A stretch of DNA of 64,000 nt from the NCBI GenBank assembly GCA_963787835.1, contig CAWBEI010000002.1, positions 32,001-96,000 on the forward strand, given 5' to 3'. Shown here one piece after another: positions 19,262-28,141 of the stretch. The position numbers and the translations under genes are program-made. The stretch comes from Ignavibacteriota bacterium (lineage in GTDB: Bacteria; Bacteroidota; Ignavibacteria; Palsa-1295). The notes under the pieces were generated by a model, which did not search any database, was not told the DNA's origin, and saw only the letters and a list, made by a program, of their open reading frames with translations. Positions within the stretch are counted from its first letter, which is position 1; each line of letters begins with the position of its first letter.

Positions 19262-20398
19262 ATGAGTGAGCGCACCACCATCCGCAAAATATCTTCAACC
19301 GCCGACAAGCGCACGTTCGTGCGCATGATGTGGGACATCTATCGCGACGATCCCCATTGGGTTCCACCACTGGAAATGGATCGGATGAAATTGATCGACG
19401 AGAAGAAAAATCCCTTCTACACTCATGCCGAAACAGGCTGGTGGCTTGCCGAGCAGAATGGCAAGCCAGTGGGACGCATTGCAGCGATCGTCAATCATAA
19501 TTACAATCAGGCACAGAACGAACAAGCTGCCTTCTTCGGATTTTTCGAGACGGTGAACGATGCTTCGGTTGCAAAGGAATTATTTCAAGCTGCGGAGTCG
19601 TGGGTTAAAGAGCGTGGAATGAATGTCGTGTATGGGCCGGCAAATCCATCCTCGAACGACGAATACGGCCTGCTCATCGAGGGCTTCGACCGCCCACCGG
19701 TGCTGCTGATGACGTATAACCCTCCATACTATGCATCGCTCATCGAGCAGAATGGATATACGAAAGCGCAGGACTTATATGCCTATCTGCTTTCGCAAGA
19801 CACCGCGCGTTCGGATAAACTTGTCCGCGTTACGAAGGCAATGGCGGAGCGGAACAAGATCACCGTCCGCGCGATGAATACCAAACAGTTTAACGATGAA
19901 GTGGAACGCATCAAAGTGATCTATAATGCAGCCTGGGAGAACGAAGGCTTCGTCCCATTCACGGATGCTGAAATGGATTTTCTCGCCGCTGACCTAAAGC
20001 AGATCTACGACCCAGAATTAGTGCTGTTCGCTGAAGTGGATGGGAAGACTGTCGGGTTTGCACTTTCGCTCCCAGACGTGAACCAGGCGTTCTACTCCGG
20101 GATGAAGATACCTCGTGGAATGGGAAATCTGCCGGTCGGAATTTGGAAATTGCTGACCAAGAAAAAAGCAATAAATACCATTCGGATTATTGTGCTCGGA
20201 GTATTGAAGGAATACCGCAACCGCGGTGTGGATGCGATGCTCTATGCAGAAACGATGAACGTGGCAAAGCGGAAAGGCTATCACTACGGCGAAGCATCCT
20301 GGGTGCAGGAAACCAACGTTCCGATGAACCGCGCCGCACAAATGATGAATGGGGAGAAGTATAAGACGTATCGTGTGTATAGGAAGAACCTTGTCTGA
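19262..20398 (+). CDS. Stand-alone bCerS-like GNAT N-acyltransferase
   Basis: [51 protein letters not shown]; aligns over its full length with the C-half of 5337..7775. Confidence 0.78.
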   Translation: MSERTTIRKISSTADKRTFVRMMWDIYRDDPHWVPPLEMDRMKLIDEKKNPFYTHAETGWWLAEQNGKPVGRIAAIVNHNYNQAQNEQAAFFGFFETVNDASVAKELFQAAESWVKERGMNVVYGPANPSSNDEYGLLIEGFDRPPVLLMTYNPPYYASLIEQNGYTKAQDLYAYLLSQDTARSDKLVRVTKAMAERNKITVRAMNTKQFNDEVERIKVIYNAAWENEGFVPFTDAEMDFLAADLKQIYDPELVLFAEVDGKTVGFALSLPDVNQAFYSGMKIPRGMGNLPVGIWKLLTKKKAINTIRIIVLGVLKEYRNRGVDAMLYAETMNVAKRKGYHYGEASWVQETNVPMNRAAQMMNGEKYKTYRVYRKNLV

Positions 20399-20544
20399 AC
20401 CTGGATTTATGGGATTATTGGGATAAATGAGATTGATTTCAAAAATCTAATTCTTTAATGTGCAGATGAATTTTGAAGCATTGTTAAAAATCCCAAAATA
20501 AAATCCCATTCATCCCAATAATCCCATAAATCCAGGTTCAGACA
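20392..20544. repeat. MITE-like element with 33-bp perfect terminal inverted repeats
   Basis: TGTCTGAACCTGGATTTATGGGATTATTGGGAT (20392-20424) and its exact reverse complement (20512-20544). Confidence 0.8.
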
Positions 20545-21266
20545 TGGACTATCGCTCCAAACTATACGAACGCTATGTAAGCACGTTCAAACAGGAGAAC
20601 GCTTCGCTTACATCTGCGGAGCTTGCACATTATTATCGGTGGTGCGATGCACGATACTTCCCTGTCCTTCGAAATCTCGAAAGAAATGCTTCCATTCTCG
20701 AATTAGGCTGCGGGCACGGACGCATTTTAAACTACCTTCGCACAAAAGGATTTACGAATGCAAAAGGCATCGATATTTCCGAAGAGCAGATCGCGCTCGC
20801 CCGTAAAGATAGTTTGAATGCAGAACGAGCTGACGTGTTCGAATATCTCAAAAGTCAACCATTGGCGAGTCTGGATTCCGTTATTGCTATCGACTTCGTC
20901 GAGCATTTTACGAAAGAAGAGCTATTACAATTATTCAAGATAGTACACTCGGCGATGAAACCGAACGGAGTGCTTCTGCTCCAGACCGTGAACGGAGAAG
21001 GATTATTCCCTCGTCAGATCATGTATGGAGACCTCACCCATTCTACGATCCTCTCCCCCGGCTCAATGGGCCAGCTCCTTAGCGCAGTAGGATTCCATGA
21101 CGTAAACTATTTCGAATGTGCTCCACTGCCACACGGCTTAAAAGGAATGTTGCGGTCGGTTGCCTGGAAAACGATTCGCGCCGGAGCCAATGCCATTCGA
21201 AAGATCGAATCCAACAAGACCCAATCCGTCTGGACGGAAAATTTTATTTGCTCCGCGATTGTGTAG
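20544..21266 (+). CDS. Class I SAM-dependent methyltransferase
   Basis: ILELGCGHG, GIDIS, DFVEH motifs. Confidence 0.85.
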   Translation: MDYRSKLYERYVSTFKQENASLTSAELAHYYRWCDARYFPVLRNLERNASILELGCGHGRILNYLRTKGFTNAKGIDISEEQIALARKDSLNAERADVFEYLKSQPLASLDSVIAIDFVEHFTKEELLQLFKIVHSAMKPNGVLLLQTVNGEGLFPRQIMYGDLTHSTILSPGSMGQLLSAVGFHDVNYFECAPLPHGLKGMLRSVAWKTIRAGANAIRKIESNKTQSVWTENFICSAIV

Positions 21267-21320
21267 CCGTACCCTTTAGGGTAGGAGTGATCGACACCGT
21301 ACCCTAAAGGGTACGGCTAC
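21263..21320. repeat. GTAG-type REP doublet
   Basis: GTAGCCGTACCCTTTAGGGTA ... TACCCTAAAGGGTACGGCTAC. Confidence 0.8.
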
Positions 21321-21362
21321 CATCGAACATAAAGGCGCGCTCAACTTGTTTGTGCCCTGAAC

Positions 21363-22334
21363 ATGACCATCCCTGAGCTTGCTGCACAAGTAAAAATTCG
21401 TGACCGCCGTGCCATTGCGCGCGCGATCACTCTTGTCGAGAATGACGCGCCGGAAATGCCGAACTTGCTCCGCAAACTTGCGCCGCAGATGGGCCATGCG
21501 TATCGCGTTGGCATTACTGGCCCTCCCGGCGCAGGGAAATCCACGCTGACGGCTGAACTGGCAAAGCTTCTTCGCTCTCAAAACAAGACGGTAGGCATTA
21601 TTGCCGTCGATCCTACCTCGCCATTCACAGGTGGCGCATTGTTGGGCGATAGAATCCGTATGCAGGAGATCGCGATGGATGATGGCGTGTTCGTTCGCTC
21701 GATGGCTACGCGCGGTTCCCTCGGCGGCCTTTCTGCCAAGGCAAAAGATGCCGCCGATGTGCTCGATGCAGCCGGTTTCGATTTTGTAATTTTCGAAACC
21801 GTTGGCGTCGGACAATCGGAACTGGATATAGCAAAAGCAGCAGATACGACTGTTGTTGTGCTTGTGCCGGAATCCGGCGATGCTGTGCAGGCCATGAAAT
21901 CCGGGCTGATGGAAATTGCAGATTTCTTTGTCGTCAATAAAAGCGATCGCGAAGGTTCCGAGCAAGCCGTCGCGGCGTTGAAAGCAATTCTGAGTTTTCG
22001 AATCACCCATGCCGATGATGAATGGATCCCGCCTGTTGTAAAAACAACTGCAAGCAAGAACGTTGGCATTGATGAAGTGCTTCGGGAGATCGAAAAGCAT
22101 CGTAATTATTTAGAGACCACAGGGCAGATCATCACGCGCCGCAAGTCCCGCGAACGGGAGCGAGTCCGAGAATTAGTGGAAGCAATGCTCCGCTTTGATT
22201 TCTGGAGCGAGAAGCGCCGCGAACAGCTCGAATCGGAGATCGATCATATTATCAGCCATGAGAAAACAGGCTTCGATGTTGCTACCGAATTGCTTGCTGA
22301 TGCTTCCGTAAATCTCAATACTTCTCTCCGATAA
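21363..22334 (+). CDS. meaB: Methylmalonyl-CoA mutase-associated GTPase MeaB
   Basis: GPPGAGKST, AVDPTSPFTGGALLGDRIRM, ETVGVGQSE, NKSD. Confidence 0.92.
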   Translation: MTIPELAAQVKIRDRRAIARAITLVENDAPEMPNLLRKLAPQMGHAYRVGITGPPGAGKSTLTAELAKLLRSQNKTVGIIAVDPTSPFTGGALLGDRIRMQEIAMDDGVFVRSMATRGSLGGLSAKAKDAADVLDAAGFDFVIFETVGVGQSELDIAKAADTTVVVLVPESGDAVQAMKSGLMEIADFFVVNKSDREGSEQAVAALKAILSFRITHADDEWIPPVVKTTASKNVGIDEVLREIEKHRNYLETTGQIITRRKSRERERVRELVEAMLRFDFWSEKRREQLESEIDHIISHEKTGFDVATELLADASVNLNTSLR

Positions 22335-22343
22335 TTCCCGGCC

Positions 22344-23744
22344 ATGAACTTTTATTTCATCGGAATCTGCGGCTCGGCGATGGGAAATGCCGCGCTGCTC
22401 ATGCGCGATCTGGGGCATGACATTTCTGGCTCGGACGATAATATCTATCCGCCGATGTCCCTGCTGCTTGCAGAGAAAGGTATTAATATCTTAGCCGGTT
22501 ACCACGCAAAAAATTTGGATGGATTTAATGGGACGGTTGTGATCGGCAATGCGATGTCGCGTGGGAATGAAGAAGTAGAAACAGTGCTCGAACGGCGAAT
22601 ACCATTTGTATCAATGGCGGAATTATTAGAGCATGAGGTTATTCAGGGGAAAACTTCGATCGTGGTATCTGGAACACATGGAAAATCGACAACGTCATCG
22701 CTTATGTCGTGGGTATTGCAATCGAGCGGACGTGAACCATCCTTCCTCATCGGCGGTGTTCCTGAAAATTTTGGGCAAGGTTACCAGGCTCGGCCTGAGA
22801 GCGAGTTTGTTGTGCTCGAAGGCGACGAATACGATACTGCCTTTTTCGACAAACGTTCGAAGTTCCTGCATTATCTCCCTACGACGCTTATCATTAATAA
22901 TATCGAGTTCGATCACGCCGATATATTTGCATCGCTGGATGAGATCAAACTTGCATTCAAACGCCTGACCCTTCTCGTGCCACGCAACGGCCTTATCATT
23001 GCAAATGCGGATGATGCGAATGTGGCGGAAGTTGTGCAAAACTCATATGCGCCTGTCGTTACGTTCGGCGTTTCTCCCAATGCCGATGTCCGAGCAGAGA
23101 ACATCCAATATACTGATCATTCCTCCATCTTCACTTACGTTAAAAAGGGTGAACCTGTCACTTCGTTAGAAATTCCGATGCTCGGCGAGTTCAATATTCG
23201 CAATGCATTGGCAGTAGCAGTAGCCGCACGGCATCATGGCATTTCATTCGAGGACATTCAGAAAGCATTCACCTCGTTCAAGAGTATCAAACGTCGTATG
23301 GAATTCAAGGGAGAATTCGGTGGCGTGAAAATATATGATGATTTTGCACACCATCCGACCGCTATCAAAGCAACGCTTCATGCACTTCGTCAGAAATATC
23401 CGAGAGAACGAGTGATCGCAATTTTCGAGCCACGCTCCAACACCACACGCCGAAATATCTTCCAGAAAGAGTTGGCGGAATGCTTCGACGATGCGAACGT
23501 CATATTTATTTCCCAGATCGCGCGATTGAATTTGCTCGCTCCCGAAGATCGGCTCAATCCGGCGCTCGTGATGGAGGATCTAAAAGCGATGGGTAAAGAA
23601 GCATATTACTTGCCGGATGCAGCTTCCATCGCAGAAGGCGTTGCACGGATCGCAAAAGCCGGCGATGTTGCCATTGTGATGAGTAATGGGAGCTTCGGCG
23701 GAATTCACGATCTGTTAAAACAGGAATTATTGTCTGAACCATGA
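22344..23744 (+). CDS. mpl: Murein peptide ligase
   Basis: IGICGSAMG, GTHGKSTT, EGDEYDTAFFDKRSKF, DDFAHHPT, MSNGSFGG. Confidence 0.92.
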   Translation: MNFYFIGICGSAMGNAALLMRDLGHDISGSDDNIYPPMSLLLAEKGINILAGYHAKNLDGFNGTVVIGNAMSRGNEEVETVLERRIPFVSMAELLEHEVIQGKTSIVVSGTHGKSTTSSLMSWVLQSSGREPSFLIGGVPENFGQGYQARPESEFVVLEGDEYDTAFFDKRSKFLHYLPTTLIINNIEFDHADIFASLDEIKLAFKRLTLLVPRNGLIIANADDANVAEVVQNSYAPVVTFGVSPNADVRAENIQYTDHSSIFTYVKKGEPVTSLEIPMLGEFNIRNALAVAVAARHHGISFEDIQKAFTSFKSIKRRMEFKGEFGGVKIYDDFAHHPTAIKATLHALRQKYPRERVIAIFEPRSNTTRRNIFQKELAECFDDANVIFISQIARLNLLAPEDRLNPALVMEDLKAMGKEAYYLPDAASIAEGVARIAKAGDVAIVMSNGSFGGIHDLLKQELLSEP

Positions 23745-23839
23745 TTTATGAGATTTTAAAGATCTTTCATCTGTTTGATATTTCATCCATTTACTCTTCA
23801 TCCATTTACTCTATAAAACTCATAAATCACGGTTCAGAC
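23732..23839. repeat. Second GTCTGAACC-family inverted-repeat element with an internal 15-bp tandem duplication
   Basis: GTCTGAACCATGATTTATGAG ... CTCATAAATCACGGTTCAGAC; TTCATCCATTTACTC twice at 23782-23811. Confidence 0.7.
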
Positions 23840-23847
23840 CAACATCA

Positions 23848-24558
23848 ATGAACATTAAGACGGAATCCATCATCCTTCAATCGGACGGCAGCGAGATGGG
23901 TGTTTATATCGCCCGCCCTGAATCGGAACGCGCACCCGGCCTCATTGTTTTTCAGGAAGCCTTTGGCGTTAACGATCACATTAAAGATGTCACCCGCCGG
24001 TTTGCCGACCAAGGGTATGTGGCCGCAGCGCCGGAGCTATTCCATCGCACGGCTCCGCTGGGATTCACTGGCAGTTACGCGGATTTCCCTTCGATCGCTC
24101 CGCATTTTCAAGCTATCACAACCGATGGTATTGCCAACGATGCGAGGGCTGTCTATGATTGGTTAGTGAACGATTCCCAAGTGGACAGCACGAATATCGG
24201 CTCTATCGGATTTTGTGTGGGCGGACGCTGTTCGTACATTGCGAATGCGACACTTCCCCTTCAGGCTGCGATTTCGTTTTACGGAGGCGGTATTGCTCCA
24301 GACTTGCTTGATCTCGCGCGCGATGAATCGGGTCCGATCTTGTTTTTCTGGGGCGGCCTCGATCAGCGCATCGGTCCGGAACACCGCAATGCCGTTGCCG
24401 ATGCAATGACCAAAGCGGGAAAGCCCTACATCCATGTAGAAATTTCGGATGCCCAGCATGCATTCTTTTGTGACGCACGGCCTGCTTACAATCCTATCTC
24501 TGCGAAGCACGCGTGGGCGTTGACCCTTTCCTTCTTAGACACCTATCTTAAAAGTTAA
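23848..24558 (+). CDS. Dienelactone hydrolase family protein
   Basis: QEAFGVN, GFCVGG nucleophile motif, HAF. Confidence 0.9.
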   Translation: MNIKTESIILQSDGSEMGVYIARPESERAPGLIVFQEAFGVNDHIKDVTRRFADQGYVAAAPELFHRTAPLGFTGSYADFPSIAPHFQAITTDGIANDARAVYDWLVNDSQVDSTNIGSIGFCVGGRCSYIANATLPLQAAISFYGGGIAPDLLDLARDESGPILFFWGGLDQRIGPEHRNAVADAMTKAGKPYIHVEISDAQHAFFCDARPAYNPISAKHAWALTLSFLDTYLKS

Positions 24559-24570
24559 CGTACTACCCTT

Positions 24571-25491
24571 ATGGTTACAACGTTCTCCTCCGATCAACTA
24601 AGAACGATCGGCCCGCGAACCCTTTCGGATGAGTTAGAAAAAGGGCACATTGTTGAATTCCCGGAAAGCCCCGTCCCACTTCCGAGCGAGACGGACATGA
24701 ACTTTCTTCGAAACGAAATGCCACGCCTGATCACGCTTAAGAATGTGAGTTATCATCCGGAAGCCGGAAAGATCGCGGGATTGAATGGAAGCTCTGAAAC
24801 CGTGGAACGCGTGACAAGTATTCTGAAGGTGCACAACGAGCTCGTCCAAAGCTTTCTGCGCCGTGCGATGCCGGAGCTTACCGCTAATTGGACGGTGGGA
24901 ACTTCAAGCTTTCGTCCACTTGAAGAAAAAGGCCGTCACCTGAGTGCGCACGCCTCGAACGAACTCGTCCATGTCGATGCGGGAGCCTACGGTGCAACGC
25001 AAGGCAACCGAATCCTTCGTTTCTTTATGAATATCAATCCTGCCAAAGATCGAGTGTGGATCACCAAAGGCGATTTTTCCGAGCTGTATCGCCGGTATGG
25101 AGACGCAGCAGGCATAGCGGCGCATGCGCCCCGCTCTCTTTCCAAAAATGTATTCAATCAACTCTACTCCGGTGTGTTAACCACCGCAGAAAAAGCAGGA
25201 ATTCCTCGCGCCAGACTGATCGATACTTCGCCCTACGATCGGCTTATGCGACGCTTTCATAACTACATGAAAGACACTCCCGCATTTCAGAAGACACCAG
25301 AAGGCCATCAGGAATTTCGCTTCAAGCCGTTCAGTGCCTGGATGGTCTTTACCGACGGCGTAAGCCATGCGTGTATCGAAGGCCAATTTGCGTTTATCGA
25401 TACGTTTATCATTCCCGTGGCAAATGCGGCGCACCCTGAACTTGCTCCGATCAATGTGCTCAAGTTCCCAGTCGGGGTAAGCCTCAATTGA
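24571..25491 (+). CDS. Kdo hydroxylase (KdoO)-family dioxygenase
   Basis: SFRP..HVDA..RILRFFMNINP..RVW..SPYDRLM..FTDGVSHACIEGQ, resembling KdoO. Confidence 0.72.
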   Translation: MVTTFSSDQLRTIGPRTLSDELEKGHIVEFPESPVPLPSETDMNFLRNEMPRLITLKNVSYHPEAGKIAGLNGSSETVERVTSILKVHNELVQSFLRRAMPELTANWTVGTSSFRPLEEKGRHLSAHASNELVHVDAGAYGATQGNRILRFFMNINPAKDRVWITKGDFSELYRRYGDAAGIAAHAPRSLSKNVFNQLYSGVLTTAEKAGIPRARLIDTSPYDRLMRRFHNYMKDTPAFQKTPEGHQEFRFKPFSAWMVFTDGVSHACIEGQFAFIDTFIIPVANAAHPELAPINVLKFPVGVSLN

Positions 25492-26540
25492 TTGTACCGG
25501 CTCCAAAGCGAATTCTTCTCGTGCGCCTTGGCGGTATTGGAGATGTGGTCTGCACATTGCCGGCGCTTGAGTCGTTGCGAGATGGCATTCCTGACGCATT
25601 TATCGGTTATGCCGTCGAAGAACCGGCTTTTCCTCTCGTGAAGGGACATCCGGCGTTGGATACCGTGCATTTGTTCCCACGCCGGCGATTAGTCCGTGAG
25701 TTGGAAAACCCACTTCGTTGGGGATCTATCTTTTCGGATATTCGTGCGTATCGGCGATCATTGCATAAGGAGCATTACGATGTCGCGCTTGACTTCCAAA
25801 GGAATCTCAAAGGAGGAGTTCACTCCCTTGTGAGCGGCGCGCGAATGCGTGTTGGATTTACTTCCCCAACCGCTCAGGAATTCAACCATTATTTCCATCA
25901 GATCAATATCGATCCAGCGCCTGCCGAGCATTGGGTAGATAAATTTCTCGCGCTTGCAAAATCCATCGGCGGAAAACCGGAAGCCGCTCGCTACCGCCTG
26001 CCCGAATCACTGGAAAGCCTTGCACGCATCGAGGCATTCCTCATCCAAAACGAGCTGACATCGTTCATTGCAATGCATCCAAGCTCCAGTGGTTTCGATC
26101 CCAACCGCTTGTGGGAACCCGCACGATTCGGAGCTTTGGCCCAAAGAATTGGCGAAGAATTTGGGATGAAAACCGTGGCTACATGGGGTCCCGGTGAACG
26201 CATGCTCGCGGAAAAGGTAGTTCACGAAAGCGGCGGACACGCGATACTCTCATTGGAAAGCCGTTCCTTGCTCGATCTGGCAGAACTCTATCGCCGTGCT
26301 CAAATCTATCTCGGCTGTGATACCGGCCCGATGCATCTCGCCACAGCCGTAGGCTTGCCAAGCGTCGTTCTGTTTGGTTCTGGAAACCCTTCGGCGTACG
26401 GCCCACGATCTCCCGGCAGCCGCATTGTTGCAAAGTTTGTGGATGGCAAACTTCGCCCAATGTCCGATCTCACCGTTGAAGACACCTTTACTGTTGCGTG
26501 CGAAGTTCTTCGTTCGCATCGCTCGGTAACAGTTACATAA
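25488..26540 (+). CDS. Glycosyltransferase family 9 (heptosyltransferase-like)
   Basis: RLGGIGDVV..LP; GCDTGPMHLA. Confidence 0.9.
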   Translation: MIVPAPKRILLVRLGGIGDVVCTLPALESLRDGIPDAFIGYAVEEPAFPLVKGHPALDTVHLFPRRRLVRELENPLRWGSIFSDIRAYRRSLHKEHYDVALDFQRNLKGGVHSLVSGARMRVGFTSPTAQEFNHYFHQINIDPAPAEHWVDKFLALAKSIGGKPEAARYRLPESLESLARIEAFLIQNELTSFIAMHPSSSGFDPNRLWEPARFGALAQRIGEEFGMKTVATWGPGERMLAEKVVHESGGHAILSLESRSLLDLAELYRRAQIYLGCDTGPMHLATAVGLPSVVLFGSGNPSAYGPRSPGSRIVAKFVDGKLRPMSDLTVEDTFTVACEVLRSHRSVTVT

Positions 26541-26600
26541 TCTGAATGGAATTGGCCATGCACCCGTAACGTTGAATGGGAAACATTTACATCACGTACG

Positions 26601-27416
26601 GTGCGAAAACATTCCGAGCTATCCAGTATTTCCCTCCCGCTTTCAACGACCGATCCTCTTTCCATTTCAGACATTCTTCGAACGCCCTTACCCGAAGCTG
26701 CAAGAATTGACCGTTTCTTAATACGCAGCGGGATACTCTTTACCCGGCATCTCGTTGTTCAAATCGAAGGTTTAGACACTATCGTAACGAGCAACGATCC
26801 ATTCATCCTCGTCGCGAATCATAGCCAGCGTTTAGAGGCGATCATGCTTCCAGCACTCGTTGCATTCCATCGCAAAGGTAATTTCATTGAATTTCTTTCA
26901 GACTGGAATTTCCACTTGATACCAGGAATAGGTTTCCTTTTTCGAAGAGCCCGGACCATCCCGGTGGGTATCAAACCCGCCAGACCTAAGTTCCTCAATT
27001 ATTTCAAACGGTTTATTGTACGCGGAGTGCATGGGTTCGCGTTTGCAAAAACACGCTTACAAGCGGGGGCAAGTATAGGAATATTTCCGGAAGGAACCGT
27101 CAACAGGAACCCACGTGAACTTTTACGCGGCCAGCTTGGCGCGGCCCGGCTTGCCATCGAGACCGGCGTGCCACTTATTCCTGTAGGGATACGCTTTCCG
27201 GAGCATCAACACGGGAATAAGATTCCCGATGTCGCGCCCTTGTCGATCCACATCGGCACTCCGATCTATCCGCCAAAAATCGAGAACCCGGAGCGTTCGG
27301 ATCTTCTTGCCTTGCATCACACGATGATGCAGCAGATCTCAATTTTGTCACACAAGCATTGGCATCCACAATCATCAAGGAGAACATCGTATGATAAACT
27401 CACGAATCAAGATTGA
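26601..27416 (+). CDS. Lysophospholipid acyltransferase (PlsC-like)
   Basis: NHSQRLE (HxxxxD variant) and FPEGT motifs. Confidence 0.82.
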   Translation: MRKHSELSSISLPLSTTDPLSISDILRTPLPEAARIDRFLIRSGILFTRHLVVQIEGLDTIVTSNDPFILVANHSQRLEAIMLPALVAFHRKGNFIEFLSDWNFHLIPGIGFLFRRARTIPVGIKPARPKFLNYFKRFIVRGVHGFAFAKTRLQAGASIGIFPEGTVNRNPRELLRGQLGAARLAIETGVPLIPVGIRFPEHQHGNKIPDVAPLSIHIGTPIYPPKIENPERSDLLALHHTMMQQISILSHKHWHPQSSRRTSYDKLTNQD

Positions 27417-28098
27417 CGCCATTCGCGCAGAGGACGAAGGAGCGCGCCAGGCCGCACTTACCGTATTGAGAGAAACTTACCGTAACGAAAAACATTGGAC
27501 ATCGGACGAACAAACCCTGTTCCATGAATCGGACTTGACCGATCCAAACGTTTCCTGGTTTGTTGCCTTTGCCGATTGCGAACCGGCAGGAGTGCTGCGC
27601 GTGCTCTACGATCCGCCGCTCGAGCTCTATATGAAGTATGGTTTCGAGCGCATCGGCTCGGAAGAATTGAATGTCGATGATTTCCTTGCCAACAACAAAA
27701 TTGCTGAGATCGGACGATTAGCTGTTGTGCCCAAATTCCGTACGAAGATCACGACCGTCGCGGCGCTCATTCGCCCTGCCATCAAAGATGCGGTTACTCG
27801 CGGGTATTCCCATTATATTACGGACATTTTCGAGAACGAACAGCATAATCCATATCTGTTTCACACCAGAATTCTTGGGTTCACACCGATTGCGACCCAT
27901 GCATCTGGTGAACTTTCCGCGCTCAATCGCCGCATTACGCTGATCCTCAATATCAAGGCCAGCTATCTGCGTCTGAAAAAGAACGGGAATTGGATCTACC
28001 GGTATATCACCGAGGGGTGGGATGCCAAGCTCCATGAGCAAATATCCAGCGATCTTCGCGAGACAGGCAGAGAAACGGCCGCTCTCGGAATTCGTTAG
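27391..28098 (+). CDS. GNAT-fold acyltransferase, FeeM/LuxI-like
   Basis: GVLRV...IAEIGRLAVVPKFR motif; overlaps the upstream gene. Confidence 0.6.
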   Translation: MINSRIKIDAIRAEDEGARQAALTVLRETYRNEKHWTSDEQTLFHESDLTDPNVSWFVAFADCEPAGVLRVLYDPPLELYMKYGFERIGSEELNVDDFLANNKIAEIGRLAVVPKFRTKITTVAALIRPAIKDAVTRGYSHYITDIFENEQHNPYLFHTRILGFTPIATHASGELSALNRRITLILNIKASYLRLKKNGNWIYRYITEGWDAKLHEQISSDLRETGRETAALGIR

Positions 28099-28141
28099 CA
28101 ACCCTTCACTGTTGCAATAGGCTCGTTAACCTAATTGCAAC

